From Trichoplax sp. H2 (lineage: Eukaryota), in NCBI GenBank assembly GCA_003344405.1, contig NOWV01000014.1:62001-126000 (forward strand): a DNA stretch of 64,000 nucleotides, given 5' to 3'. The first letter of the stretch is position 1. Each line of letters starts with the position of its first letter. Position numbers and translations under genes: made by a program. Under the pieces are notes generated by a model. That model was not told the origin of the DNA. It searched no databases and saw only the letters and a list, made by a program, of their open reading frames with translations. Positions 1 to 14,060 of this stretch are shown piece after piece.

Positions 1-344
1 GTAAGTAACGTCAGTTAATCTTGGTAGATTTGACTGAAAATTATCATAAGTAGATTTACACTGATGAAATCCTTTAATAATTCTACAATTTGCTGAAAAA
101 TTTAGAAAGGAATCATAGTTATGTATAGGACAATTTTCCATCTACAATCATGTAAGCGTATTAATGTGCATAGGTCTTATAATGAGAAAATTACCATAGT
201 AAAAGGGTAATGAATTGATAGGTAGCACAAGTCAAAATTAAATTACGAATACGAATGAACATACAGATTTTTTTACATGATAGCAGTGCCATAACTATTA
301 TCAATCTAATAGTAAGGAGATAGTTGATTGTACTAATTATTATC

Positions 345-350
345 TTTATT
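345..350 (-). promoter_or_regulatory. Candidate polyadenylation signal of the CITED-like gene
   Basis: TTTATT on + (AATAAA on -) about 83 nt past the stop codon; weak on its own in AT-rich DNA. Confidence 0.35.
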
Positions 351-432
351 TCTACGACGATAATACTAGATATTGAGTTGAAGAGTGTCAATATGAAAGA
401 TATAATTAAAATTGATATGTTTCTATCCTTAT

Positions 433-711
433 TTAACTTGGAGTGGTCGGATCAACCAGCTGTGAGTTAAGATCAATTTTTAAATCAGGTAATTCTTCTA
501 GCCTGTATAAGCCAAATTCGAAAATTAAATCGATTATAGTTTGATCATCGATGCTATCGGCTAGTAATTGAAAGTCTTCAAACCAACAACCATCTCGTTC
601 GTAAAATGATTGATGAAGATGGTGATGGAGCAATAGATGATTATTATTCCTGTTCATTGAGTTCTTTCCATGACAGCTTTCATCTTCATTGGTTACAGTA
701 AATTGAACCAT
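433..711 (-). CDS. CITED: CITED-family (CBP/p300-interacting transactivator, ED-rich tail)-like protein, 92 aa, single coding exon
   Basis: C-terminal ADSIDDQTIIDLIFEFGLYRLEELPDLKIDLN aligns by eye, ungapped, with the recalled vertebrate CITED2 CR2 domain [32 protein letters not shown], including the LPEL/LPDL motif. His-rich run upstream. In-frame TGA three codons before the ATG. AATAAA on the minus strand at 345-350. Confidence 0.8.
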   Translation of the reverse strand: MVQFTVTNEDESCHGKNSMNRNNNHLLLHHHLHQSFYERDGCWFEDFQLLADSIDDQTIIDLIFEFGLYRLEELPDLKIDLNSQLVDPTTPS

Positions 712-3700
712 TTTCTCTCAAAGTTTGAAATATTGATATAATATTGAGGATAAAAAGTTTTCAATTTTTTGTGGTACACTTATTTGCTTTGTCAAGTAGG
801 AAACTTGAAAAGGTTTTATAACAACTTATTAATCAACTTTTAACCTATTTTTCGATCTTTTCCTTTCTCTTCTTGGCTTCACTAGCTTGCGATTTTGATA
901 TGTCAATATCGATGATGCTCAATAGGATCAATTCTTATCACCGAGTAGAAATAGAATGGATGGGAAATATTACCAAATATAATCTTGTAATAGTATCCTT
1001 AATATTTTTATGCCTATATATAAGGAAATTATCGAGAAACCAACTTATTAATAATATAATCTAGTAATCGATGGTAACACTGAGTAAATTTAAATTATTA
1101 TTTCAAGTAGAAGGAGTCAGCTGGACTGGAATATTAATATTTAGTCATTGTAGTTTAAGTCAAATCTAGTTCATTCCATTACTTATTGAGCTGGAGTGCA
1201 AGTGAAAATAATTTACACGGTCACGAGTTATTTATATTGTTTCCATGTGATAGAAATAAAGCAAGATTAAATAGAATAGACAAGCAAGACAGGATGTCTA
1301 TATTAATCAATATTATTTCAATAATTTGAACCAATGAGAATGAGTAATAACCTAAAGTCATTTTATTTAATGTCTTTATTGGGGAGTATTATTTTATTAC
1401 GCTTCTATGTGAAAAGAATAGCTTTAGGTGTCGATTTCGATCCTAGTCGATACGCAAATGGAAATAAATTGAGCACGAGGTTGGTAATAATATTAGGAAT
1501 CAATAAAGATTTCAATTAAATAGTCAGACAAGAATAAAATTTGATTCTGTTGTCTTGTCAAGCATTTTATAATCAAAAAAATACATAAGGATATCGGAAA
1601 GGAAGGAATGGAAAGGAAAATAGTACCGTAGTTAAAAGAGTGAAAAATCATCTTTTAGCTCTTTCTTCCTCCTTTCTTGGTATAAATTTTGTCAAAATAT
1701 ATTGTTATATTTAGCTCGTAATCCTTGGTAACAATTATACCTACGTTAGGCATGCATTGATTAACATTATCTTACCCATGGCCGTAGCCTATTTTTACTT
1801 CTTTTTGCTTAATTACTTGATCATCGTCTATAACAACATGGCGCTCTAACTATGTAATTTATTCTATTAAATCCTATTATTGACTAGCTTTATTCAAATA
1901 GATTACAGTTGAAATTCTTCATCATCAACAATAGAATAGTATGACTGCTCTACACCCCCTGCTTGGAATAAAAGGATAATATCAATCATAGAAGGTAACC
2001 ATTTATTAATTGTTTGACTAAAATGATGATTTATCAAAGGGAATTATAAATATAGCGGCGTCGAATTGAATGCACTAAACTCAAAATGAAGGTGTAAATA
2101 AAATTTCCCAAATTTAGATATGGATCATATCCTACATATCCCTAAAAAATTGACGTATACTCGTAGTGCAGAGAGCGAGAGAGAAAATCTATTGACATCC
2201 ATACTGCGATCATAATGATAGCAGATTATATTTTGAAATCATCGAAAATGTCAAAATAAATGATTACAATATTACATCCGTATAATGAGCATCTTTTTAT
2301 CTCGTTATTCTATTCAGTTATAATTTCCAATCTTAGTAATAGTTATAGAAAATCAAGTATTAAAGTAAGGTAATCATAGAAACTATATTATCTGCTAGTA
2401 AATTTAATGCATTTATCTTCGCTTAAGGGAGTTGAGCTTCAAAATTTAGAAATATTTTCAATTTTGATCAGAATGGATAGAGATGAAGAAGAAAAAAGTA
2501 GAAAATAATATTCTATAGCGCAATTGATAAGGAAATTGCTGATTATGTTGGAAAGATATTGAACTATAATGATGACATTGAAATGCTTAATGGAATGGAA
2601 TAAATACTTGGCACCATCTTTTATTATTAACTTGCATTTTATATTTGATAGCACGTTTTGGACTAATCTATCGAGTAAATAATATATTATTCTTGTCAAC
2701 AGCAGTCTATATTATATATTGTATAACGATATAGTTCATTTGATAGGAATAGATGGGATGGACATAACTTTAGTATCCATAACGATATTTTTTATAATAT
2801 ATGCCTTAATAAACTGTTTAATTAGTAGATGAAATAACGTTGATAAAATGAGATGCAATCTTTGATGCAGATCTTACATGGAAAATAAAATTATACTGCT
2901 GCCTACTTAAGGTCCAATTATATATGCAAAGACATATAAGCTATAATTATTTTAATTGCAATATTATAACGACGAGGTCATGATTTATTAAGATATGAAT
3001 TTTTTATACCATCATAATGAATAGATATGAATGTCAAGGATGAATAGACATCTCAATTCATTTTCACTAGTTATTTGTAGAATTTAAAGAATAACATTAT
3101 AAGAAATAAAATATAACCAAGTTATGCTGCAAAATGATGACGTAAATCAACTTAGGAAAATAGAAAAGAAGGCGACATAGGAGGTTAATTAAAGCATCTC
3201 GTCAGCTAATAAAATCAACTTGGTCAATTAGGTTAATAATGCCTCAACTCGATGATAATGTTGAAGGAAGAAAGCCCAATGACTAGAAATATTTAAGATA
3301 TCAAAGTGTGATGATTAAAAAAACTACGCATAGATTAATCTTTGACTGTGACTGTATATATATTTAAAGTATGTACTTGTGGTAATTGAAGCTATCATTT
3401 CTCTGTTGCTATGGCTAAGCAAATAGTTTTGATCAATATAGCTATTATTATTTAAAATAGAGGACTATATCTTTCTATGTTTATATATTCCTGAAGTACT
3501 GCATTACTAAAATCGTCATTATAATCAAGAAACGATTATAATTATCGTTACCTTAGCCTATTCTTACGACTATTGTCATGACGATAGCTAAGAGGGTAAT
3601 TTATGCCCCCAGACGAAAAAGATAATTTCAACGGCATTTAAAACAAGAGAAGCTATGATGACAATTGGATATAGCTAGAATGAATTAGAATCATGAACAA

Positions 3701-6694
3701 TAGTAAATAAAATACAAATAAATACTGTTAAACATGTCAATATCAAAAGTTAAATTAAGCTTTCCGAGACGTTGAGATTGCATGTTAACCTTATTGCTGT
3801 ACTTTATATTTTATCGAGTCTAATAGAAATCAGTCGGTCATTAATTTAATACCCATTCCTCTCTCATCTATATCTTACAATTTTATTCAGTCTTTTCATC
3901 ATCAATGATGGAGAAATAAATTAGTTAATAATGAAAAGAATAAATCATTCCCATAAACGTTCAAGCTAGTTTCCCATCTTTTAGTAACGCTATGATTTCC
4001 ATGTCACATTCAATAAAATGACGATATTACTTATGTGCAATGAATACAAATCGCTTACTCTGGCTATCATTTTCTATCATTTAACCATAGCAAAAGTTAA
4101 ATTGATAAGGCAAATAATATAAACATAAATTAAAAGTAATAGACAATAGCCAATGATTGATCACTAATTCTAATGCTATCATCTAAATCTAATATATTGA
4201 TATCCACAAAGAGTCCAAAGACAGCTTCTATCAATTATAGGATAACATTATCTTATTCGCCTTTTTCTTACTGGCAGAAGGATATACCATATATTCATAA
4301 TACATTTTCATGTGCTCATATTTTATACTCATTCTTTTTGGAAGATAGGAAATCCCCAAAAAAACTTCTTATAGAACGCACCTTGCTACGCCGTCATTTA
4401 TTTCTCATTGTAGTTTGATTGTTAGTATGGTGATTATCTTTCAACGTTAAGTTTGGAAATAAATCCATGATACATTCATATTTTAATCATAGCTGAGTGA
4501 AATGGATAATTTATTCTTGGTTAAGGCAAATAGATTTACTATTTTACTTCTACTTTAGCTTATCATTAAGTACGATTCCTATTGCCAATAATAATTTGTA
4601 TAGTTACGACGTTACAAATACAGATGATGGTTACAAATATTACATCATGATCTAAATGAACATTCCTCAACCTAGCTGCAGTTTATACAGTGTCGATTTG
4701 GATCAGTATAGTAGAATGGAAATCAATAATAAAGTACATAGATGAGTCTGAAACCTGCTTCATTAACAATTTAAAAACTATCATTTATTTTTGATGCCAT
4801 CTAGACCTTGATAGCAAAAAATTCAATTATCTGCCATGTTACCCTTTGACTTCGTATATAAAGTAAAGGAAATTGATACCGAACCAATTTTTCTGCTTAT
4901 ATCTGAATCAGGATAGCTAATACAGATGCTATTAACACATCTTGACCTATGAATTATTAGATTAAAGAATTGCTATATGATTCATTCTATACATAATTTG
5001 CTTCCCTATTCTTATCGTAATGGTGGCAAATTTTTCTGGCGCTCAGATATCGAATTATGTACTGCAGTATAGGAAACTATCCTAAAGAAGTTGCTAGCAC
5101 TATCTTTAAGTTACATTAACTTTAGCTGTGACTTAAAAATTGGTGTAAGTGAATTAATGATGTTTAAGATCTACTCCGCAACTCATATTAAATATCAAAT
5201 ATTTAGCAGTACAATCCAGATGCAATGATTGGTAATGGCTAAAATTAGAACAGTGATTCATACGAGCGAGAAACAAGTAATAGACCAATCTTAAGTTCTT
5301 TGTTTAGACTTTGTCAGTTAGTTGGATTAGTATTTACGCAGGATAGAGAAATGCACATACCCCCAAAAATCATAAAATATAAGTATTTATGACCTGCTTC
5401 ATGATTCAAGTTAAACATCTATTTATCTATATTCAATTTCAGTCGCCTTGCTAATCCCTATTGGTACTATATAGCGTACTATTTACTGCATCTATAGTAA
5501 AAGAGATTGTTTTAAATATGCCTATTTATCGCTGTGGTAGATTACGTCAGTTTTAAAATCCTCTGTCTTGATATTGAACTACATCTAAACTACAGATCAT
5601 GCAGATCTACTTTATGATTCATTTTCAGTGGCAATCATTTTACTAGCTTTCTAGAAAAGGTTAGTAGAGTCTAATGATAAGAATACAATATCAACGTATA
5701 CCGCTAAGGAGATACTTAATAGTTAAAGTAAAGTTCTTTCTTTCGATTGTACTTTAAGTTGGAGTAGATATTAGCTATGGCGAATTAGAGTATAATCAAT
5801 TAAGTTACTAGGCATATCATAGATGATTTCCTAATGCTGCTTACTTAGAGGCATGCGATACTTGTTAGATGCGATTAATGAACATTTCTCAATATGACTG
5901 TAGTAAGTTGTAGTATAGAGAATGATACACGTCTAATCCTTATGTCAATGTTAAATCAAGATATCTTTGGAACGATAAAGGTAAATCTTCTCGATCAAGT
6001 TTATTCACTAATTTCAACTGAAAGAATATATGATCTATTGAATAATGACATCATTGCAATTTTCAAGTAAATCGATTATTTTCTAATCTAACTGAATATG
6101 AATATCATTTGCCATTATCTTACTAGTTATGAATATTTACCCGATAGTAATTATAATAATCCGTTGAAATTCTCTCAAGTTGAATTTTTTTAGCTGGATG
6201 ACCAAGGACAGTAATCTGGATGACTACCGGTTGTGTCAATGATTTGATCCTTGACTGAAGATATTATATATATATCAACTAGAATTCTATCCTTCGATCT
6301 CATAGCGGTGTGATAAACGTCATCAAGGTTGTCCTCGACAACAATAACAACAATGCATTCATTCTTTTCATCTTTCAATCAACAATCAAATGTATTTGTT
6401 GGTATATGTATCATCAATGTGTAGATTGATTAATGCCTGACTCTTTGTCACCTATGGTATACAATTAGATTGATGGTTAGAATAAGAACGCGATGCTGTG
6501 GTGATGGATTGGATCACAAATTACTGATTGGATATTCTTTTAGCTATCGAAATAAGGCGGGAGATCCCCGACTGTGATAATTATCTCAACAAATTAAACT
6601 ATGCGTCTATTTCATACAATTGATCATGATAATGCATCCAAATGATTACGTTAATAATCTACTATTATGATCATGGTTAGTACTAAGATGAATG

Positions 6695-6940
6695 TTGGAC
6701 TACTACTCTCCCCATGTAGCCAACTGTAGATTAGAAATTAAGATGGATAAGATTAGTAGAAACACTTATGCCAATGAGCGACATTGGATTAAAATAGATG
6801 CAATCGATAGAATCATAGCTATAACGAGAACGAATATTGGATTACTCTCCTCATGCAGCCAACTATAGGTTAGAAATCAAGATGGATAAAATTGATCGAC
6901 ATATCGACGAGTAATAATGGATCGAAATTAATGCAATCGA
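6695..6940. repeat. Diverged two-copy tandem duplication, period ~140 bp
   Basis: tactctccccatgtagccaactgtagattagaaattaagatggataa versus tactctcctcatgcagccaactataggttagaaatcaagatggataa; both copies end near atgcaatcga. Confidence 0.85.
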
Positions 6941-7616
6941 ATTTGCAATAAGAATAACTGCAGACTGTAGAGTAGCACAGCTATGAGCAATTCTGAAATA
7001 AGAAAGTAGAATTTGAAGAATATTACTTTAGTAGAATCTAATCATTTATGAAAATATAGAAATGATTATTGGTAGTAGAAGCGAAAGCCAATAGCGATTT
7101 GAGATAGGATATGCGTAATAGAATTCTTATAATTAAAATTATGATCTAATATCATGATCAATAAATTACTGTAAACTAAGGAAATAGTCAGGGGTCGTTG
7201 TTATAGAAAGATCAGCTATAGGGATTAAATAGGTCGTATAGCAGTAGAGACATCAACTATTTTTGTTCCAATTTCGTAGTAGGTGAATTAATTATTAGAG
7301 GTTACATGAGCAGTTAAAGGTGAAATTGCCACCTTTAGCAACTTATAATATAACATCATTCTTTCTCTTCTATACCAAGCTACCAGGAAGACTTACGGGT
7401 TACGGCATTTATTATGATAAAATCGCTTCTAATTATTATCAAACAATATTAACCACTTAAAGGTAATGCTTATGATGCTTTCTATTGAATGTATTTTGGA
7501 TTCTAGCTACCTTTACTATCCAGAAATTACGGCATATATCTATCGTTGGGCCATTGAAACTTATCACGAAAACGTTAATATCATTATTTCATAGCCCGCT
7601 AGACTTAACAACTACA

Positions 7617-7652
7617 ATGATGATGATGATGATGATGATGATAATGATGATG
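7617..7652 (+). repeat. (ATG)n microsatellite, ~12 units with one interruption
   Basis: atgatgatgatgatgatgatgatgataatgatgatg read directly. Confidence 0.95.
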
Positions 7653-8860
7653 ACATTTTGCAAAAGAATAATACATCATATTGATTTTCTGTTTTCTTCT
7701 CTTTGATGATACTTTCGGCATTCTCGCCTGGAACATAGGATTTAGCTCTTCTTTTCATTAACCGCTATATTCAATTAATTATTGTTTCTCAATGAATAAA
7801 AACCCAATCCATGACAATTGGTTTTAATTCTTTACGTGCCCACTATTCTTACAATCTCCCGTTGGTTCTAATAATCATCCATCTTCAATTCTTTCCTTGT
7901 TGACTTTGATACTGTTATTTCTTATATCAATAGTGATAACGGGAAGCTTCTATATTTATTTTTGAGAGATAGATCAAAAGCTGCCCAATGTCGAAATTAT
8001 TGTTTCAGAAATTATATTAAAATGATTTTCCATATAAAGATGTAAACCAATTTGATTTTTATTTCATCGTATTACTCATCCGTAAAAACTGCATTGCTCT
8101 TACTGATTTTCAAATAATATAAAAAAGCCAAATGAATTTTTTTGCTTTACACAGTATCTTATGCTTATTATTATGATTGCAATATAATTCTGTTTTAATC
8201 AAGATACGCATAATTCTATACTAATGTTAAAATTTTAATATGTAAATTACTGATGATTATAGCGGGACTATAATTACCATAAATTAAGATCTAAAACTAA
8301 ATAACTAGTAATATTTATGGAGCACCGAATTTCGGTTTACTGAAGCTCTTCGATAAACCTATAATTACTTCAATGTCATTTTTATAAAAAGAATAAAATT
8401 TTCTTCCATTGCAACTGTTTGTACATAAAATGCCGCAAATCGGAACTACGGTACGATAATGCACTGCTATAGCATCATTTCTATCTGGACAACATTTTTC
8501 ATGAAATATGCGAAACTTGAGATTAATCCATCTGTCATGCTATTATTTCCATATGAAAGTCATATTCTGTTACGTATTTAAGAACTAATATGCGGAAAGA
8601 GAATCCATGGCATGATTTTCAACTAGGGACAATGAGAAATTAGAGAAATAAAGCAAGGGCTACATATTATTGAGATGAATAAATGCATATGTGCAATGCA
8701 TTGTAAAATATATTGATTAGATATAGCCCCAAGCAAGTATGCTAATCAATTAGGAATGACAACACGACGATTTGATATGTTCGCTACGTATATATAACAA
8801 GATAAATGGTTTTATAATAAAATATGGATCTTTCGATGGGATTCCGTAAATGCGTATACG

Positions 8861-9143
8861 AAATATGGAAAGTAGCAAAGTGGCTTAGTTAACCTCTTAT
8901 TGTTATACCTTAACGGTAAGGAATGCACGTAGTACATGTTGTAGCTTCTGTATATTTTATCATTTTATCACCAAGAATTTACCAGCATATCCATTTATCG
9001 AGATATGGAAAGTAGCAAGGAAAACTCAGTTAACGTCATACTATTATTATTATGCCTTAACAGTACGGTAAGGAATAGTGCATGTTGTGGCTTTTGTATA
9101 CTTTGTGATTAACCATCATGAATTTACTAGCATATCCATTTAT
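8861..9143. repeat. Diverged two-copy tandem duplication, period ~140 bp
   Basis: Both copies start atatggaaagtagcaa (8863, 9003) and end gaatttac[c/t]agcatatccatttat. Confidence 0.9.
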
Positions 9144-12103
9144 TATTTTCTAGTGCAAAAAAAGCAATCGCTGCAAAAATGACATCATCATTTGTATGAT
9201 TTTTTATCCAAAAGTAAGCGATTACCTAGCAATCTATATATTCAAATGCAAAGTAAGTAGCAATAATTTTATAATTTAAGAATACGTATATGGTATGTCA
9301 TCAAGCTAACTCATTATAGTCATTTTTGTTGGATATAAATGCAAAGTCAATAGGCAGCTATGATGTCATCGTTGATTTATGATTTTGTCTAGTCGGTAAA
9401 GTTCAACCATAATCTATCAAAGTTACAGCCAACTTTACCTAATGTGTGCAGATAGAGAATAATTATATTAGTTTGAGCTTCATGATTCCATTCATTTGCT
9501 TTTGACACATCGATATTTGTTCATTCTAAAATAAAGGATAAATAGCCAATACAATGATGTAGAAGCTGCAATAATTGTAAAATGCTTTCAGGAAGTCATC
9601 AGCTACGCTCGTATCCAACATTGAATATCTTTTACTCTATCAAAATTATGGCTGCAGGTATGAAATCAAGCGATCCATAGCGATCCGCTAAGTGATGGGA
9701 TTTTATTGACCCCGGGCAAAAAAATTGAGATTTAAATTATCGATCATCAAGATCTAATCAAGAAGTAAAACTATGATTAAAGTAGACTTTGTTTTTTTAC
9801 ATTACACCTGAAAAGGATGGCAAACTTCAAATGATTATTTTCTACTCTATTGATGATTGAATTGTAACAATAGGAAATGATCCAAGTCAATATTAAATTT
9901 TGATTAGTTTGTCTATTCAAGTTATGTCGATGGGCATTATTGTTATTGAGGGTGTTGAGGAGGTGTATTCTTTTGAAATAGGCATTATTCCATCACATGT
10001 ACAAATTGTTATTCTTCCTCAGGGAAAATGAGGTTGTCATTATCATCAAGCTGTAGGATCACAATCAACAAACAATACAATATCAACATCATCCTATATC
10101 ATGCAATATCGACATTGTTGCTTACTCTCTACTCAATCCATTCAAATCAAGAGATTCGATTTAGTCAGCTAAAATAGACGTTCAACTTTCAACAGGATAA
10201 TGTTATCCTGTTATTTTTGTAGTTATTTCTTAGTGATTTTCGAATTAAATCATGATCCATCATCGATCGTTGGAAATTGGTAGACTGTATTATTACACGA
10301 AAATAATTTCCATTTTCTATTTTACTCATTCTCTCTATCATTCCCCCTTTCGTCTATTCTCCTTTAAAACAATGTTGCACTCTTAATGATAACTTTAAAT
10401 ATTAAGAAATAGATTAAAAATGGCTAGCGGAAATGATGACATCAATCTAATACAATAATATTCGTCATCCACTACTCATGATCGCAAAACAATTCTTTCC
10501 TGTCGCCTTTTCCTCTTGATCTATATATATATAATTTTGTATATAATTCTGAAATATTTTAATTCCTGATCTTACATATTGAAATAGGATCATTAGATAA
10601 CGTGATAAAACAGAATTGATCAAAATATATTAGAATTATTATTTGAATTACTGATCTAGACTTTTCCCTATGTGCAAAAATCGATAACTTCAATTCAGAA
10701 TATGTATGATTTTAGCATTTTTTATTATATTAGGTAACTTGGACATTGCAAAAGCAATTAATGTAATTTTCTTGCTATCTAAGGTCTGATAGAACTTGAT
10801 CCATTTGCCAATCAACAAAATAATATAGGATAAGTATCATTTACTATCCTTCCTTATCGGGCAACTTGAACATTGCAAAACAAACTAAATACACCATATC
10901 AGGTTTCCTCTCTTCCTGCAGATCATTGTTATCGACCTTTAGAAATAAGCAGGGTCATTCTAACTTAACTTACTACTATGAACAAGCTTCACGAGTTTAT
11001 GGGGCAATAATTATTTAGAATCAATTTTATGGGGAAACTATCTTCAATATGTCAAGAAACTACGTCTATTCCCCAATCTCTGAACAATTTTAATTTTTAA
11101 CTGTATTCTAATTCATGACACACATTCCGTTAAGTAACTGTATAAAATTGAAGAAATAGTAGGAAAATAATACGATGATGTTTTAATTTTTCAGTCATGT
11201 TAAAATGGATCGGCAGTTTTATACACTGAACCTGAACGTAAAAGACATTTCTATTAAGAGGACAGTTCGTATAATCAGTACTAAATTTTTTATCTGTCAT
11301 TTCAGAGTGTGCGACTGAAATGGCGAAAAATTGCTGTCAAAGTATTATTATTCCGATGTATAATTAGGACTTTAACAGCAACTATGATTAAGTCCCATAT
11401 CCCTTCAGGATGGCAACTTACAGTTCATTAACACTTATAGTCCATATCAGTTTCTATCATGGCTTCTGGATGTGTTTTAAAGACTTTCCCTCTCTGTCAA
11501 GCCTATTAAGTCCCTCTATATTAGAGGAAGATATTAAATAGAGCATTGGTAGAAATTTAATTTTTACTAATATTTCTATAATATCGTGATGACAATTGCT
11601 GTTATGTGCTATTGTCATTTTAGAAGCGAGATAGGAATTTGAAATCAGCATTTCATTCTTAAAAATTTACAAATAGGCAATAGAATTGATTGATGATGTA
11701 AAACAGAAAGAGATTAAAAATTTTGATCATTCTCTTCACTGGTAGCCGTCATTTTTAAAGTGAACCATTTTTCCAGGATACAACTAGAAAACTATATCAA
11801 TTAATTTTTCCCTTTCTATCAAATTGAATCTCCTCTCTAGCTAAGTAGCAATTGGTGCAAATATTAAGTTAGTCTCTCCAAATATTATTCAAACTTATTG
11901 TATAGAGACGATTGTTATCATTTAATAATTTACCCTAGCAATCGATAATACAACTACACGTAGACGGAAATAGAAATCCTTTACTTCCAATCAATCATGA
12001 CAGTCATGGCTTTGAGCCAAGAAATAACCTATAACCGTATTAATTTAAATAATATCTTATCCAATCCAAGATGACGATTACTATTTTTAGGCAATAATCT
12101 CAA

Positions 12104-12497
12104 GATAGAATCGTATTTAAAACTTCAATTCTTGATTATTACTATCCGATTCTGAAAATAATCACTTCTGCCAATTGGTAAATGTGTTTGAATAAATTAT
12201 ATATGTGCATATTAAACCGCATTTCGATTCATGGTTCCAAAATAGTCAATATCGCAGAAAAATATGGATCAAATTTTTTGTATTACCTTCAATCATCATG
12301 TCATTCTTAAGATAAAATCGTATGAAAAAACTTCAATTCTTGGTTGTTATACTACTAGATCCTGAAAATAATCACTTCTACCAATCGATAAGTATGTTTG
12401 AGTAATTATTTTAAACCGCATTCGATCCATGTTACTAAAATTGTCAATGTCACTGAGAGATGTCGATCATTTTTCTGTATTACCTTCCATCATCATA
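12104..12497. repeat. Diverged two-copy tandem duplication, period ~207 bp
   Basis: Shared blocks aacttcaattcttg, ctgaaaataatcacttct, ttaaaccgcatt and tgtattaccttc occur in the same order twice. Confidence 0.9.
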
Positions 12498-13641
12498 TAC
12501 ATTGTTTGTAATTGAATCATACTGTAGGGAAGAAAGTTAAAAGAAATTCAAACTATATTACTTCATCCATTGCATGTTGATGATGATTCTTATCGGAGTC
12601 ATTCTTAATGAATTGAATAAGATAGAATGTTGAAAAATCTTTTTTTTTATCCCAGTCATCATAAGCATTATTCTAAGTGAGTCAATTAATCGATAAAGAA
12701 CAATATAGGTAGGAAATAATTTAAACTGGCTTAAGTGTCGATATTGGTTGAAACTGTAGATGGATAAGAACTAAACTAGCCGAGATTGATCATTGGTGAT
12801 CCGATGAATAATTATTCTAATCCGTTGGTGTTCCGTGTTGTTATTTCCTTTAAAATGGAACAACGTAGTATTTAAAATGATTTTGAATTGAAAATAATGT
12901 CCTCTATACAATAATTCAATACAAAATTAGCATACAAAGTAAAGAAAGGCAGCTATCGATGACCTAGATAAAAGAAGTCAAACAACCAAGCCAATTATAT
13001 TGTCGATTCAATTATAGCTCGAATATTATATCATTTCCTCTTTTTTTGCAAATTAAAAATGGTTTATCATCTTGAACCTAACTCTAATTTAATATCGATG
13101 TTAGCCTATTTCTTATTGTTCAACTTAGGCAAATCTATCATTTTAGAAAGCCAATTCTAACTGAAAATATATCATCAAGCAGAGTTAAATGATTATCTTG
13201 TGTAATAAGAGATTAATGAATATAATAAGAACCTAGAGATTATAGGACTACGATTTTTAATTTAAGCTCGGATAATAACTTGGAAAGCTATTGACTCTCT
13301 TTGACTACAATTTTAAACGTAATTAATTATCTTTAACGAACGGCTGATTATTTTATTCGTTCAAATCCTATCGATAGCTTTGAAATTTCGGATAAAAAGT
13401 ATGTTTGAACAACTCTGTTGACAATATTAGGTCAGCGCTATGATGGTCCGTCAATTATGTTGATTTATTAAACAGTTTAAATAATAACATTTTACTCCTT
13501 ATCCACCCTTAGGATTAGAATTAATTTTGATGAGCTATAGGTCAAAGGGTCAACGTGACCGTCATGGCATCATCAAATTAATTTAAAGTATACGTTAGGG
13601 TACGATAAAGTCAGGATGTGCAATGAAGACTAAAAATCAAT

Positions 13642-14060
13642 ATTCCGTCTATCCAATTGATGGCTTTTCGATCATTCTTCCCTTCCAAACACTACCTTGA
13701 CCAATAGGTACTGCTAATTTCAGGAATTAAACTTATAAAATGATTATCTCAAACCAATCTGTTACTTTAATTTCATGCTCACTTTGAGAATATAACTAAT
13801 ACCTCGCTAAGTCATTCTTGTCGAACGTAAAAGATGATCCAAGTCAAAGAATGTAAATCAACATTCCATCCATCTAATTGATGCCATTCAGATCATTCTT
13901 CCCTTCCAAACACTACCTTGACCAATAAGTACTGTCAATTTCTAGAACTAGACTTATGAAACGATCATCTTAAACCAGTCTGTTAACTTTAATTTAATGC
14001 CCACTTCAAAAATACATATACAACTTCGATAAATTCTTCTTTTGGAAAGTAGGAGATGAT
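13642..14060. repeat. Diverged two-copy tandem duplication, period ~221 bp
   Basis: gatcattcttcccttccaaacactaccttgaccaata is identical at 13670 and 13891, with collinear diverged flanks. Confidence 0.92.

Noticed and set aside
1650-1960. Minus-strand exon-like pieces (GVEQSYYSIVDDEEFQ; DDQVIKQKEVKIGYGH)
   Set aside because: Splice phases are incompatible, one implied intron is only 35 bp, and I recognise no homology.
7485-7706. 73-aa ORF with a poly-Met run
   Set aside because: Produced by the (ATG)n microsatellite; the rest is not protein-like.
8250-8278. CTGATGA followed by a hairpin, resembling a hammerhead ribozyme core
   Set aside because: The required GAAA after stem II is absent and stems I/III are not evident.
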